From: Candidatus Latescibacterota bacterium
GTDB taxonomy: Bacteria; Latescibacterota; UBA2968; GCA-2709665
DNA length: 64,000 nucleotides
Reading direction: 5' to 3'
Assembly: GCA_965208835.1 (NCBI GenBank)
Contig: OZ242358.1
Coordinates: 4,384,001 to 4,448,000, forward strand
The position numbers were made by a program, and so were the translations under genes. Below are positions 1 through 9,449 of this stretch, piece by piece. The number at the start of each line of letters is the position of its first letter. Within the stretch, counting starts at the first letter, position 1. The notes beneath the pieces were generated by a model. The model ran no database searches, was not told the origin of the DNA, and was given only the letters and a program-made list of their open reading frames with translations.

Positions 1-1
1 G

Positions 2-64
2 GATGGGCAACCGAGACGGAATTCCGGACGTGTCTGCAAGGCGTGATGCAATGCGTCTTTTCAT
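2..64 (-). CDS. 5' end of an unknown gene running off the left edge (MKRRIASRLADTSGIPSRLPI...)
   Basis: Near-perfect RBS AAAGGAGGTGA (80-70, minus) just upstream of ATG at 64; frame open to the window edge. Confidence 0.55.
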   Translation of the reverse strand, partial: MKRRIASRLADTSGIPSRLPI

Positions 65-349
65 GTCTATCACCTCCTTTCGTAAACATCCCGGCGACAA
101 ACGAACGATGCCGTTTCCTGACAAGCCGTATGCCGCAGTGCGTCGCCGAAATATCTTGATTTACAAAGGGTTACGAGTGCCGTTTCGGGTTCCCGGCACA
201 CCCCCTTTGGCGTTACTTCGGTTGCGAATCAACGGAAACATCCAGCTACGCGTCTTGCTTTCGTTCCGTGCCTCCGTCGACTGATTGGACTCGCAATGAT
301 TGTGCCACTCGCGATGTCCCGGGACCTAACTGTCTGGTATGCAAGAGAG

Positions 350-382
350 AAAAAACCGCCGGCCTTTCAGCAGGCCGGCGGT
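350..382 (-). terminator. Rho-independent terminator-like hairpin
   Basis: 11-bp stem ACCGCCGGCCT/AGGCCGGCGGT followed by a T-run on the minus strand. Confidence 0.55.
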
Positions 383-488
383 CGACGCCCAGATCGTGAA
401 CAATGTGTTCCATTTTGCGGCACCCGGATGAAACCTTGTTGCATTTCGCGCCGCTCAAAACCTGACTGGAGAAGAGTCGTCACCACAC

Positions 489-520
489 AAAAAAACACCG
501 GTGACAAAGCCACCGGTGTT
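489..520 (-). terminator. Rho-independent terminator-like hairpin
   Basis: Stem CACCGGTG/CACCGGTG with 7-nt loop and T7 tail on the minus strand. Confidence 0.6.
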
Positions 521-778
521 AGACGCACTATGGACCCGCGGAGGGGTGATTTCAGCCTGCGTTGGGCGGGCAGTCGTCAGATTCCCTGGAAGTCAATGTA
601 ATACGCCGCCAGGACAACCTGCCACTTGAGCCTTACCGTTACTGTTGCCGAGGTGGGGAGATGTCGTTAAACTTGGTGAGAGGTCCGCTGCTCACGCCTA
701 ATGAGTCTCTTCGGACGCAGGGGTTCTCTGGCCCATCCCCAAACGCATCCGTTCAATACCCGCATCCCATCGAATTCC

Positions 779-1222
779 ATGCGTATATTCGGAAAATTGC
801 TGTCTCCGACATTCGGCAAATTCGCGCTCACGGGCCTGGGCGGCGTGGTTGTGAATCTCGGATCGTTTCAGCTGATGCTGACGCTCGGCGTACATGCGCT
901 GCTGGCGTCGCCCGTTGCGATCGAGTTGTCGATCATCTCCAATTTTCTGCTCAACAACTATTGGACCTTCCGCAAACGCTCTATGTCCGGAAAGAGGCGG
1001 ATTCGGGGGTTGAAGTATCATCTTGTATCGCTCGCGACGCTGATGCTGAGCTACGGCACGTTTGTTCTGCTATCCGTGCTTTTTGCGGATGTGCCGCTGG
1101 TGATCCTGCAGGGGTGCGCGATCGCCCCTGCCGGCGTGCTGAATTATTCCGTCAACTCGCTCTGGACATTTCGCGAGGCGACTCCCAGTGCCGCGGATGA
1201 CGTTCAGGACGGCACCGGATGA
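779..1222 (+). CDS. GtrA-family membrane protein (putative lipid-linked sugar translocase)
   Basis: 4 TM segments; KFALTGLGGVVVN, NFLLNNYWTF and NYSVNSLWTF motifs; start taken at ATG 779 within ORF 701..1222. Confidence 0.85.
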   Translation: MRIFGKLLSPTFGKFALTGLGGVVVNLGSFQLMLTLGVHALLASPVAIELSIISNFLLNNYWTFRKRSMSGKRRIRGLKYHLVSLATLMLSYGTFVLLSVLFADVPLVILQGCAIAPAGVLNYSVNSLWTFREATPSAADDVQDGTG

Positions 1223-3267
1223 TGCGCGCGCACGCCAAGGGTGAACCGATTGAGCCGATTCGCGACGGCGCGGCTCTGGTTGCTTCTATCCTGGCGCCAT
1301 TCGTCCTCTACGTGCTGACGATGCCGCGCACCGTCGTGTTGGAGGACGACGGGTTGTTTCTGATGGCCGGCGCGCACCTTGGTGTCGCCCATCCGCCGGG
1401 ATACCCTCTCTATACGCTGATCGTCTACCTCTTCACGCTGTTGCCTTTTGGCAGCGTCGCCTTCCTCGGCCACCTGTCCAGTGCGACACTGGGCGCACTC
1501 GCGTGCGGTTGCGTCCACATTTGCGGCCGTCTGATCGGCGCTTCGCCCATTCCCGCCCTGACAGCCTCCCTCCTGTTCGCCGCCTCGGAACATCTCTGGT
1601 CTCAAGCAATTGTTACCGAGGTCTACACGCTCAATGCGCTGTTTTTCTTCGGCATTTACGCGCTACTCCTGTATGGCGTCCGACACCCTCACCGCACCGG
1701 CATCTGGATCGCCGCCGCTGCGGCCTACGGACTGAGCCTGGCCAATCACGTGCCGCTCACGGTGCTGTCAGCCCCTGGACTCGCGGCACTGACCTATACC
1801 GTTCGGCGGAATCTATACAGAAAGCTTCCGCTGCTCCTCGCCGTTCTCGCGTGCGGCGCAGTATTGCCCTATGTCTGGATGGTCTGGCGTACTCACCAGG
1901 ACGTCCTGATCAATTTCTACGGCTCGATCGGTTCCCTGAAGGAATTCTGGTTCTACTTCAGCCGACTGGGGTATATCGAAGTCGATTTCAGCCCCAGCGC
2001 GGGATGGCACGACCGGTTCAAGTTCATGCAGTGGCTTGGCAAGGAGTTGCTTTGGCAATTGACGCTGCCCGGATTCGCGATATCGGTCCTCGGTTTGGTC
2101 GCTCTGTTTCGGCGGAAGCAGGTCGCAGTTGCAAAGTCGGGGTTGCTGGTATTCCTGGCGAGTAGCATTGTGTTGATCGTCCTGTTGCGCTTCGACTTCG
2201 ACGAGTTTCAGGTCGGAGTGTTTCGTCCCTATTCGCTCTTGTGTTACGGGATCCAGGCAATATGGCTGGGCATTGGGTTGCAGGCTTTCTGTACCAGGCT
2301 GGCAGGAACTTTCCTTTCAACAACAACCCATGAACCGAGAATCAGGACCGGTATCGCAACGCTGACCGGCGTCGCGCTGGTCTGGTGGTCTGTCCATTCC
2401 GACTTGCACGTCAACGACAGGTCCGACAGCGACTTCGCGGAACGCTACGCTGAAATGGTGTTCGATTTCCTGCCGGAAAACGCGGTCCTGTTCGTATTCG
2501 GTGATCCTTCGGGCCCAACCGGCTACTTTCATTATGTCGAAAACCGCCGTCCGGATGTCTCGGTGTACAATTCGCAGGGACTCGTATACGGCACACGCCT
2601 CTTCAGCCCGTTCACTTCCGCCCGGAAGCGGAAGTTGATCCTGGAAGAATTCGTCGACTCAACCGGGCGGGCCGTCTTTTCTCCACTTGATGTCGACATC
2701 TATCCCGACCGCCAGAAGTGGATTTATGGATTCATCATGCAGACCGCCAAAGGCGGCAAGCCCGGGACCTTAAAGCTGAAACCACATCCTCGAGGCGAAG
2801 CGTTCTTCGTACAACTCATCCAAGGCAAGCCCATCGACCGCTGGGAACGCGTCCGGCGAAACGAACTGCTGTTCCAATACGGTCAATACCTGGGACTGAT
2901 CGATTTCTCCCGCCACCCGTTACGCCATCACGTGAAGGAACTGCTCCGACTTGCACACGGAAGTTACGCAAGCCTGCTCGGCATGGCCACCGTCGTACTG
3001 GACAACGGGAACGCCTCCAACTGGGAACAGGTCTCGGGGTGGCTGGCCACGGCGGAGACGCTGAAGCACGAGGCGCTGAAGAAGAAAACCCTCTCTGAAC
3101 TATATTACCACAAGGGCAGGCTGCTTCATAAGCAGGGCCGGACGAACGCCGCCGTCGAATCCTTCAGAAAGTCATGGGACATATATCCTCATCCCGGGAA
3201 CAAGGCCCTGGAAGCTATCAATCAATACAGAATCGACTTGAATCGGGTCAAACAACCGCGACCCTAG
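1219..3267 (+). CDS. DUF2723 (TMEM260-like) multi-TM GT-C glycosyltransferase with C-terminal TPR
   Basis: EDDG..LGVAHPPGYPLYTL and WSQAIVTEVYTLNA motifs; ~10 TM; TPR-like YYHKGRLL..A...F; ATGA overlap with the gtrA-like stop. Confidence 0.85.
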   Translation: MMRAHAKGEPIEPIRDGAALVASILAPFVLYVLTMPRTVVLEDDGLFLMAGAHLGVAHPPGYPLYTLIVYLFTLLPFGSVAFLGHLSSATLGALACGCVHICGRLIGASPIPALTASLLFAASEHLWSQAIVTEVYTLNALFFFGIYALLLYGVRHPHRTGIWIAAAAAYGLSLANHVPLTVLSAPGLAALTYTVRRNLYRKLPLLLAVLACGAVLPYVWMVWRTHQDVLINFYGSIGSLKEFWFYFSRLGYIEVDFSPSAGWHDRFKFMQWLGKELLWQLTLPGFAISVLGLVALFRRKQVAVAKSGLLVFLASSIVLIVLLRFDFDEFQVGVFRPYSLLCYGIQAIWLGIGLQAFCTRLAGTFLSTTTHEPRIRTGIATLTGVALVWWSVHSDLHVNDRSDSDFAERYAEMVFDFLPENAVLFVFGDPSGPTGYFHYVENRRPDVSVYNSQGLVYGTRLFSPFTSARKRKLILEEFVDSTGRAVFSPLDVDIYPDRQKWIYGFIMQTAKGGKPGTLKLKPHPRGEAFFVQLIQGKPIDRWERVRRNELLFQYGQYLGLIDFSRHPLRHHVKELLRLAHGSYASLLGMATVVLDNGNASNWEQVSGWLATAETLKHEALKKKTLSELYYHKGRLLHKQGRTNAAVESFRKSWDIYPHPGNKALEAINQYRIDLNRVKQPRP

Positions 3268-3651
3268 GGTCGCGAATCCCCGCATCCAATGCCCCCGATT
3301 ATCGCCACACCTGTTGCCCCGACTCGACGATTGTCCAAGCTTCGCTACGAACTGCACGCGCGGGAATCTGCCGATCTGAGGACGATTCCACGCGGCAAGC
3401 GACGGGCATCTGCCAAATCCGGAAAGAAGACTTTCTGGCTGCGGACCGCAAAACCGCGCGCGCTCGTGGATTGCACTTCCCGAGGCGACCGTTGTCACTA
3501 CAACGGAGGCAGAGACGGTAGGGAGCGGCATTGGATCGGAAAGGGCGTATTGCCGGGCGATACGCCGGGGGCTCGAGAGGTGAGAAATGCGATTGGCAGG
3601 ACACCCGGTTCGAACGACAACTCGATCGTATAACTGGACGAACGAGATATG

Positions 3652-4068
3652 TCACCCGTCGTGAATTCCTTCCAACTCGGGCAGGAGCCGGACGCTTTCC
3701 TGCTCATTGGGGTCGGTGCGGGCGATGACGGCGATGCAGGGTTCGGTGTCGCTGGCGTTGTACGGAAGGTGGGGCACGCCGGGCGGAATGTAGACGAAAT
3801 CGCCGCTGTCGACGCGCACGTGCTCCTCCAGATTCTCACCGTACCACAATCCGGACTTGCCGCTGATGACGTAGACGGCGCTCTCGTGGCCATCGTGCAT
3901 GTGGGGTTTGGAACGACCTCCGGGAGGGATCGACAGCAGGTGCATGCTGAGTCCACGGGAGCCGGTGTTTTCGGCCGTGACACCCTTACGGTAGGTAAAG
4001 GCCTGCTTCCCGGTGAAGACGTCCTGCGAGCGAATCAGCTTGCAAGTCTGAGCAGTCCGCGACGGCAT
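3652..4068 (-). CDS. Cupin domain protein
   Basis: PGGRSKPHMHDGHES and GDFVYIPPGVPH cupin motifs. Confidence 0.9.
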   Translation of the reverse strand: MPSRTAQTCKLIRSQDVFTGKQAFTYRKGVTAENTGSRGLSMHLLSIPPGGRSKPHMHDGHESAVYVISGKSGLWYGENLEEHVRVDSGDFVYIPPGVPHLPYNASDTEPCIAVIARTDPNEQESVRLLPELEGIHDG

Positions 4069-4125
4069 AATTCATCTCTCGGATTTTACGACATTGTTGA
4101 TTGATTGCCTGCGTGGTTTGCGTTT

Positions 4126-4902
4126 TCACCCGTGTTGCGTCTTCACGGCTCGACAACAGAAAACCGGCCAATAGAACTCGAAATCGTCGTCACCCGAACG
4201 ACGAATCCCGAACTCGCTTCTGACCTCCCGCGGCGCGTCGGCGAAGTCCCGGTACAATCCCTCCACTGCCTCCGCCGGCGTCCCTGACCTCTCAACCCAA
4301 TCCGACAACGTCATTTCAACCCGCGTGTCCGCCGTATGGGTTATTTCGAATCCGGTACCGCCCAGGTCCCTGCGCCACTCCTTCGGCGTAGGCGCCGACA
4401 GATGCGTCGGGTCCCGTTCCACTTCCACGCGATGATGCCACGCCGCGACCTCCGGATCTTCCGACGTCGTCGTGTCGCACAGAAGAAAGACGCCCCCCGG
4501 TCTCAACACGCGGTGGACTTCCGAAAGAAACCTGCCGATATCCTGAAAATGGTGAGGCGCCGTCCTGCAGGTGACCAGGTCGATCGATGCGTCAGGATAT
4601 GAAACATCGCATGCATCGACAATCTCGAAGCGTACGTTCGCAATGCCTCGCTCATCGGCGATTCTGCGGGCCTGATCCAGCATCCCCTGCGCGATGTCCG
4701 AAGCCACGATTGTGTCGCAGCAACCGGCAACCGCGAATGCCGTGAAGCCCGGACCCGTGGCAATATCCAGACCCAGGGTGTAGCGTTCGAGAGACGCCCA
4801 TGCGGCGAGGATGCGCAGACTTTCGCCTGATGAATGTGCCTCGCTCACGGCATATTGGGCCGCTTGGCGATTGAACTGCTCCCCGGCTGAATTCAATTTC
4901 AT
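4126..4902 (-). CDS. Class I SAM-dependent methyltransferase
   Basis: LDIATGPG motif I; DLVTCRTAPHHF; VLRPGG. Confidence 0.9.
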   Translation of the reverse strand: MKLNSAGEQFNRQAAQYAVSEAHSSGESLRILAAWASLERYTLGLDIATGPGFTAFAVAGCCDTIVASDIAQGMLDQARRIADERGIANVRFEIVDACDVSYPDASIDLVTCRTAPHHFQDIGRFLSEVHRVLRPGGVFLLCDTTTSEDPEVAAWHHRVEVERDPTHLSAPTPKEWRRDLGGTGFEITHTADTRVEMTLSDWVERSGTPAEAVEGLYRDFADAPREVRSEFGIRRSGDDDFEFYWPVFCCRAVKTQHG

Positions 4903-5001
4903 TCCCGCAGTTCTACCTTCTTACTCAAGTCAAACGTCGATAATCCGTCACCGTCGCCACTGCGCTGCCGGCTTCCCGCCAGGGCAAAGCGAAACGACGC
5001 G

Positions 5002-5739
5002 CTACCGAACGGGATCGGAGTACCACCCGGCCCAGGCCCGTTTCCATCGCCGGAACAACGCGATAACTAACGGGTTCGTCCAGACAATGATCTTCCAGAC
5101 CGGCCACCTGTCGAAGCGCCGGCTGGAAGGCCGTACACGTGGTTCACGAATAAATCTGACTGTCCGGCCCGTTGATTTTGCCAGCCCTTTCAGCTTCCAG
5201 TAGAAGTCGACGTCCTCACCCATCCACACGCTCTCATCATAGCCGCCCGTCTGCTCGAAGATGCACCTGCGACAGAATTGCGCAGCCCCTTGAACCATCC
5301 CGGTGGTGCGACCAAAGATCCGCCAGGCGCCAAGATAGAGCCGAACCGCGAGGCGTCGAGGTCGAAAGTCTACGTCCACGCCGCCTCCGATGCACTCTGG
5401 ATCGCCCATCGCCAGCCGTATCGTTTGCAGAAGATCGTGAGGAACGCTGACGTCCGCGTCGATAAAGACCAGCACATCCCCGGCGGCGTGACGCGCACCC
5501 CTGTTGCGCGCGCGGGAGATGCCTTGCACCGGCTCGAAAACAACCGTCGCCCCGCTGGCACGTGCGATAGCGTCGGTTCCATCCACGCTGCTGTTGTCAA
5601 CGACGATCGTCTCGACGTCCGCGTTCGACCCCGCGGTCAGCAGCTCCGCCGAGGCACGGATCGAGTCCAGGGTGGCGGCGAGATACGCCTCCTCATTGAA
5701 AGCAGGGATAATAACGGTGAGCCGGGGACAGGAATCCAT
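5002..5739 (-). CDS. Glycosyltransferase family 2
   Basis: VIIPAFNEE, VVDNSSVDGT, ARNRGA, FIDAD, GEDVDF; start could extend to 5772. Confidence 0.9.
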   Translation of the reverse strand: MDSCPRLTVIIPAFNEEAYLAATLDSIRASAELLTAGSNADVETIVVDNSSVDGTDAIARASGATVVFEPVQGISRARNRGARHAAGDVLVFIDADVSVPHDLLQTIRLAMGDPECIGGGVDVDFRPRRLAVRLYLGAWRIFGRTTGMVQGAAQFCRRCIFEQTGGYDESVWMGEDVDFYWKLKGLAKSTGRTVRFIREPRVRPSSRRFDRWPVWKIIVWTNPLVIALFRRWKRAWAGWYSDPVR

Positions 5740-5784
5740 CGCTACGTTTTCAACCAAATCCCGCGCAGGCAAGCCTGTATCCTC

Positions 5785-6921
5785 TCACGACGTGCCCAGG
5801 ACCTCACGCAGGCGCTCGCCGACGACCTTCAGGTCCTCGTCCGTCAGGGTCGGCACCGACACGTGGAGCGCATCCGCGGAATCCCCCAGCACGATGCTCG
5901 GCCGGCCCTCCTTCAGCTCAGCCAGGACCTGTGACAATGATTTTTGAAGGGCCCTCTCGTCGATCCGGATCAGCAGCCCGCTGCCGAGTCCGCGTTTTTC
6001 CGTCACGTGTTCCACCCCGATGTGAGGAACGCCATTCAATGAGCGGAACAGTTCGTCGGCCTTGCGCCGGTGATCGGCGAAGCGCGCATCGTGGTCCATT
6101 CCAAACCATTCCTTCAACGCGGCAGTCACGGCGACAACTTCCTGGCGGTCCACCTTCAGCGGGCGGCCCACGGTTCGCCGCTCCTCGGTCTCGAATCCTA
6201 TGAAACCCTGCACGAAAGCCGCGTCCACCAGGTCTTTCCTTCCACACATGATCCCGGTGGAGTTGCACGCGCCGAAGTATTTCGCGCCGTATCCCACCAC
6301 GTCCGCGCCCATCCGGGGGTACCGGCACATGACGTCCAGCGGGAATACCTGCGAGGCCGCATCCACAATTACCGCAACGCCGCGGTCCCTCGCGATGGCT
6401 ATGGCGTCTTCCAGCGGGACCACGCCCGGCCCCCCGCCAGGGGCGACGTAGAGCAGGCCTGCCGTGCGATCGGTCATCGCGGCCCGCAACTGGCTCTCCG
6501 TCGTACCGTCCCCGTCACCAACCTCCACCAGCTTTCCGCCGTAAATCGTCACGCAGCGTTCGTATTTGTACCGCTGCCCGGACTGAATCAGAAACTCGTC
6601 GCGCATCCCCGTCGTGTCGGGCAGCCTCTCCATCCTGCCGCGGTCGTTTCCCGTCATGCATGCGGCCGATCCCAGCGCCAGCACGGACGCGCATCCGGGC
6701 GTCACCAGCGCCGCTTCCGCACCCAGCATCCCCGCAATCACTTCGCCCGACCCCTTCAGCAACTCCTTCATATCCACAAAGTACCGGTTCGCATCCTGCA
6801 TCGCCCGGAGCACACCGGGAGAGAGACGCGAACCGCCCAGCACAGTCTGGCTACCCATACCGTTGATCACGGGGTTCACGCCCAGGTCTTCGTAGATCCG
6901 GAGTCCACTCTCGCTGTCCAT
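5785..6921 (-). CDS. SelA-like / DgaE-family PLP-dependent enzyme
   Basis: GVNPVINGMG.QTVLGGS, IVDAAS, YGAKYFG (PLP Lys), GRPLKVDRQE; RBS GAGG before ATG 6921. Confidence 0.8.
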   Translation of the reverse strand: MDSESGLRIYEDLGVNPVINGMGSQTVLGGSRLSPGVLRAMQDANRYFVDMKELLKGSGEVIAGMLGAEAALVTPGCASVLALGSAACMTGNDRGRMERLPDTTGMRDEFLIQSGQRYKYERCVTIYGGKLVEVGDGDGTTESQLRAAMTDRTAGLLYVAPGGGPGVVPLEDAIAIARDRGVAVIVDAASQVFPLDVMCRYPRMGADVVGYGAKYFGACNSTGIMCGRKDLVDAAFVQGFIGFETEERRTVGRPLKVDRQEVVAVTAALKEWFGMDHDARFADHRRKADELFRSLNGVPHIGVEHVTEKRGLGSGLLIRIDERALQKSLSQVLAELKEGRPSIVLGDSADALHVSVPTLTDEDLKVVGERLREVLGTS

Positions 6922-7052
6922 ACGCACCTCATAAAAGGGAAATGATCCGGGCGGCATCTGACATTCCTGCGGCTCACAACGCCGCTGACGACGCCGACAA
7001 GATAGCCCTCATGAATATGCCGATCAACGCCTTTTTGTACTTATGCGAAAAG

Positions 7053-7078
7053 AACAGGGCGACCACAAGGGTCGCCCA
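7053..7078. repeat. REP-like palindrome AACAGGGCGACCACAAGGGTCGCCCA, copy 1
   Basis: GGGCGACC/GGTCGCCC stem; identical 26-mer at 9395-9420. Confidence 0.8.
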
Positions 7079-7212
7079 TGCAAAAGACACAAATCGTCGG
7101 GACGGGTCTGCAATGCCGGACTGCCGATTCAGTAGATTCAACAGTCAGTTTCAGTAAAACCCGTCTTGCCTGTAATTTCCCGCGGTCACGAATCGACCGG
7201 TTGACGTCGAGG

Positions 7213-9270
7213 TCATTCAATCGCCCTGCCGAATCCTGGAACGCCGGATTCGAATAGATACGCGACTTTCGCGAACACGGCTCGATTACCCGGCCTGCCA
7301 TCCACGAATACGAAGTAAAAGTGGCTTTCAGGAGTGAATTCGTAATCGAAAATGGCATTGAAACTAAGGGAATTTTCATCCCGCAACCGTTCCTCAATGC
7401 GTTCAATATAGATGCGCCAGCCGACCCTTCGAGTCAGTTGGTAGTTGCCGCGCAACCGGAATACAATCGTGTTGCGAATCGCGTCCCATGAAAGATAGCC
7501 GAGATCGACATCCACAGTCGTTCTTTCCAATAGGTTGAGACCTGCGGAGAAACTCGAATATCGGCTGATTTCGCCTCGACGAAACCCGATTCGACCAAAT
7601 GTGCTCAGGTGCCAACGCTGCGCCGTATAATTCAACTCTGAGCCAAGAAACCTGGTGTCGAAGAGTTCACCGACTTCGCGAAGGGCGCCGAATCCACCGA
7701 ACGTCGCGAAGTCAATCCGGCCGATTTCGACATTGAACCTGAACTCGTTACGCCGTTCCCTCAACAGCTTGTCTGCATCGGTTTGATATGCGTGGTACAT
7801 CTCAGCCGTCAATGACCGCACGAGACTCGTCTCCGAAAACCCGTAACTGTATCTTGTGCGTACACGTTTGCGATGGAATGCGTCATCTTCAAGTCCGATC
7901 TCGTTGGGACGAAAGCCGTCCTGGATTTCTTCAACCCCGATTTGGGCCATCCAACCTTCATGGACCCACGTCAGTGCCTGGTGGTACGCGCTATGGGTTT
8001 GACCACCAACGGAATTCACGGCAAATTGGGACGTTGCAGTCAAGTCTCGACCAAATCCAAATCGACCGTTGAGAGACAAAAGCAACACGTCTCTGTCTTC
8101 CTGGTGTTTCTGCACTCCCATGAACCCGACGACCGTACGTTCGCCAATGTCGTAGTTGGCACGACCGGCCAGGAGATTCGCCTGCTTTTTGTTATCCCCA
8201 TCGTATCGGTCTATCATCTTTCCGTAAGTGTTGATCACGGCGAAATTCGCTGCGCGCAATCTGCCGGCTACTTTCGTCCCTATGTCGATTTCCTGAACGC
8301 GGCGCGTATAATACAGGTTCAGGGGCAACTTGAACAGTTCGGCGCCCTCCCGGTAAAATGGCCTGCGTTCCGGCAGTGACAGCTCCCTGTCGCTAACTAT
8401 GTTGATTCGGGTCGGGTCACTTTCCAACTGAGAAAAGTCGGGGTTGAACGTCACATTCGAAGTGAGGTGTGTCGAGACCGGTACAATAAAGTCCAGGCCA
8501 CCGTCGAAATCATCCTGACCGTCATCTATCGCACGATAAGTGGCGTAGGGTAGAATGCCGATTTTCGGTTCAATGCCGATCTTTCCAAGATTCAATCCGG
8601 TCAGATCACCGAACTCGGACACACGACCGAAAAATGCGGAAGGCGCCCAGGAATAGGATTGACCGCTAATCGGATGCGTCCTCCAGAAGTTGATTCCCCA
8701 CGTCGCATTGTGCGGGTCAAACCGGAGCACTCGAAACGGGATCGAGAATTCGGCGGTCCATCCGTTGCGGTGTTTTCTTACCTTCGATTCCCAAACGGCA
8801 TCCCAACTCAGGTCGAAGACACTCTCATTGCTTATCCGTTCGTCCATCTGCGTGCCAAGTGTGTTTGTCGCGAAAACGTAACAATTGCGCCGGTCTCGAT
8901 AGGTATCCAGCATCACTTCCACGCAGTCATTATGCCAGATACGAGAATCACGTCGGGTCATTGTTTCCCGCAGATTCGCCATATCCGGTTCTTCACAGTA
9001 TATGCCGATATAGAGCGCCTCTTCGTCGTACAATATCCTGACTTCAGTTTTCAGACGCGACGGGTGAATACTTCCCTCCTTTATACGGAAGAAACCGGTC
9101 GCAATGCGTGCTTGCTGCCATACGGCGTCGGAAAGCTCGCCATCTATAACCGGTGCGGTTTTCACCCTGACCGCCTGGGCGACCCGGGTCCGGTGCTGAT
9201 CATCGGCGCCCAATGACACCGGCATCAGCAACGTCACAACGACGCCGCAAATGTGTAATCGCTTTTTCAT
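7213..9270 (-). CDS. CBM9-like + DUF5916 secreted/outer-membrane protein
   Basis: Signal peptide MKKRLH...; APVIDGELSDAVW, WTAEFSIPF, TFNPDFSQLESD, ERRPFYREG; beta-rich C-terminus. Confidence 0.85.
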   Translation of the reverse strand: MKKRLHICGVVVTLLMPVSLGADDQHRTRVAQAVRVKTAPVIDGELSDAVWQQARIATGFFRIKEGSIHPSRLKTEVRILYDEEALYIGIYCEEPDMANLRETMTRRDSRIWHNDCVEVMLDTYRDRRNCYVFATNTLGTQMDERISNESVFDLSWDAVWESKVRKHRNGWTAEFSIPFRVLRFDPHNATWGINFWRTHPISGQSYSWAPSAFFGRVSEFGDLTGLNLGKIGIEPKIGILPYATYRAIDDGQDDFDGGLDFIVPVSTHLTSNVTFNPDFSQLESDPTRINIVSDRELSLPERRPFYREGAELFKLPLNLYYTRRVQEIDIGTKVAGRLRAANFAVINTYGKMIDRYDGDNKKQANLLAGRANYDIGERTVVGFMGVQKHQEDRDVLLLSLNGRFGFGRDLTATSQFAVNSVGGQTHSAYHQALTWVHEGWMAQIGVEEIQDGFRPNEIGLEDDAFHRKRVRTRYSYGFSETSLVRSLTAEMYHAYQTDADKLLRERRNEFRFNVEIGRIDFATFGGFGALREVGELFDTRFLGSELNYTAQRWHLSTFGRIGFRRGEISRYSSFSAGLNLLERTTVDVDLGYLSWDAIRNTIVFRLRGNYQLTRRVGWRIYIERIEERLRDENSLSFNAIFDYEFTPESHFYFVFVDGRPGNRAVFAKVAYLFESGVPGFGRAIE

Positions 9271-9394
9271 CGTGAGATACGGTTCAATCGCATTATCCTC
9301 CAAGTGGACGACTGTAAGGGTTTCTATCGGCCGATCCTCCGCACTTACACCCATCAGGATGCACTCCGGTAGGCCCGTCAAAACACAGAAAAAA

Positions 9395-9420
9395 AACAGG
9401 GCGACCACAAGGGTCGCCCA
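9395..9420. repeat. REP-like palindrome, copy 2
   Basis: Identical to 7053-7078, same orientation. Confidence 0.8.
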
Positions 9421-9449
9421 AACGCCAGAATGATATCTTTTCCGGATCG

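Noticed and set aside
606-623. Cobalamin riboswitch (GCCAGGACAACCTGCC resembles its 3' end)
   Set aside because: The conserved upstream GGGAA and GCCACTG core elements are missing.
5785-6921. True selA partnering selD
   Set aside because: Short, lacks the SelA N-terminal tRNA-binding region; motifs fit the SelA-like/DgaE group; 10 kb from selD.
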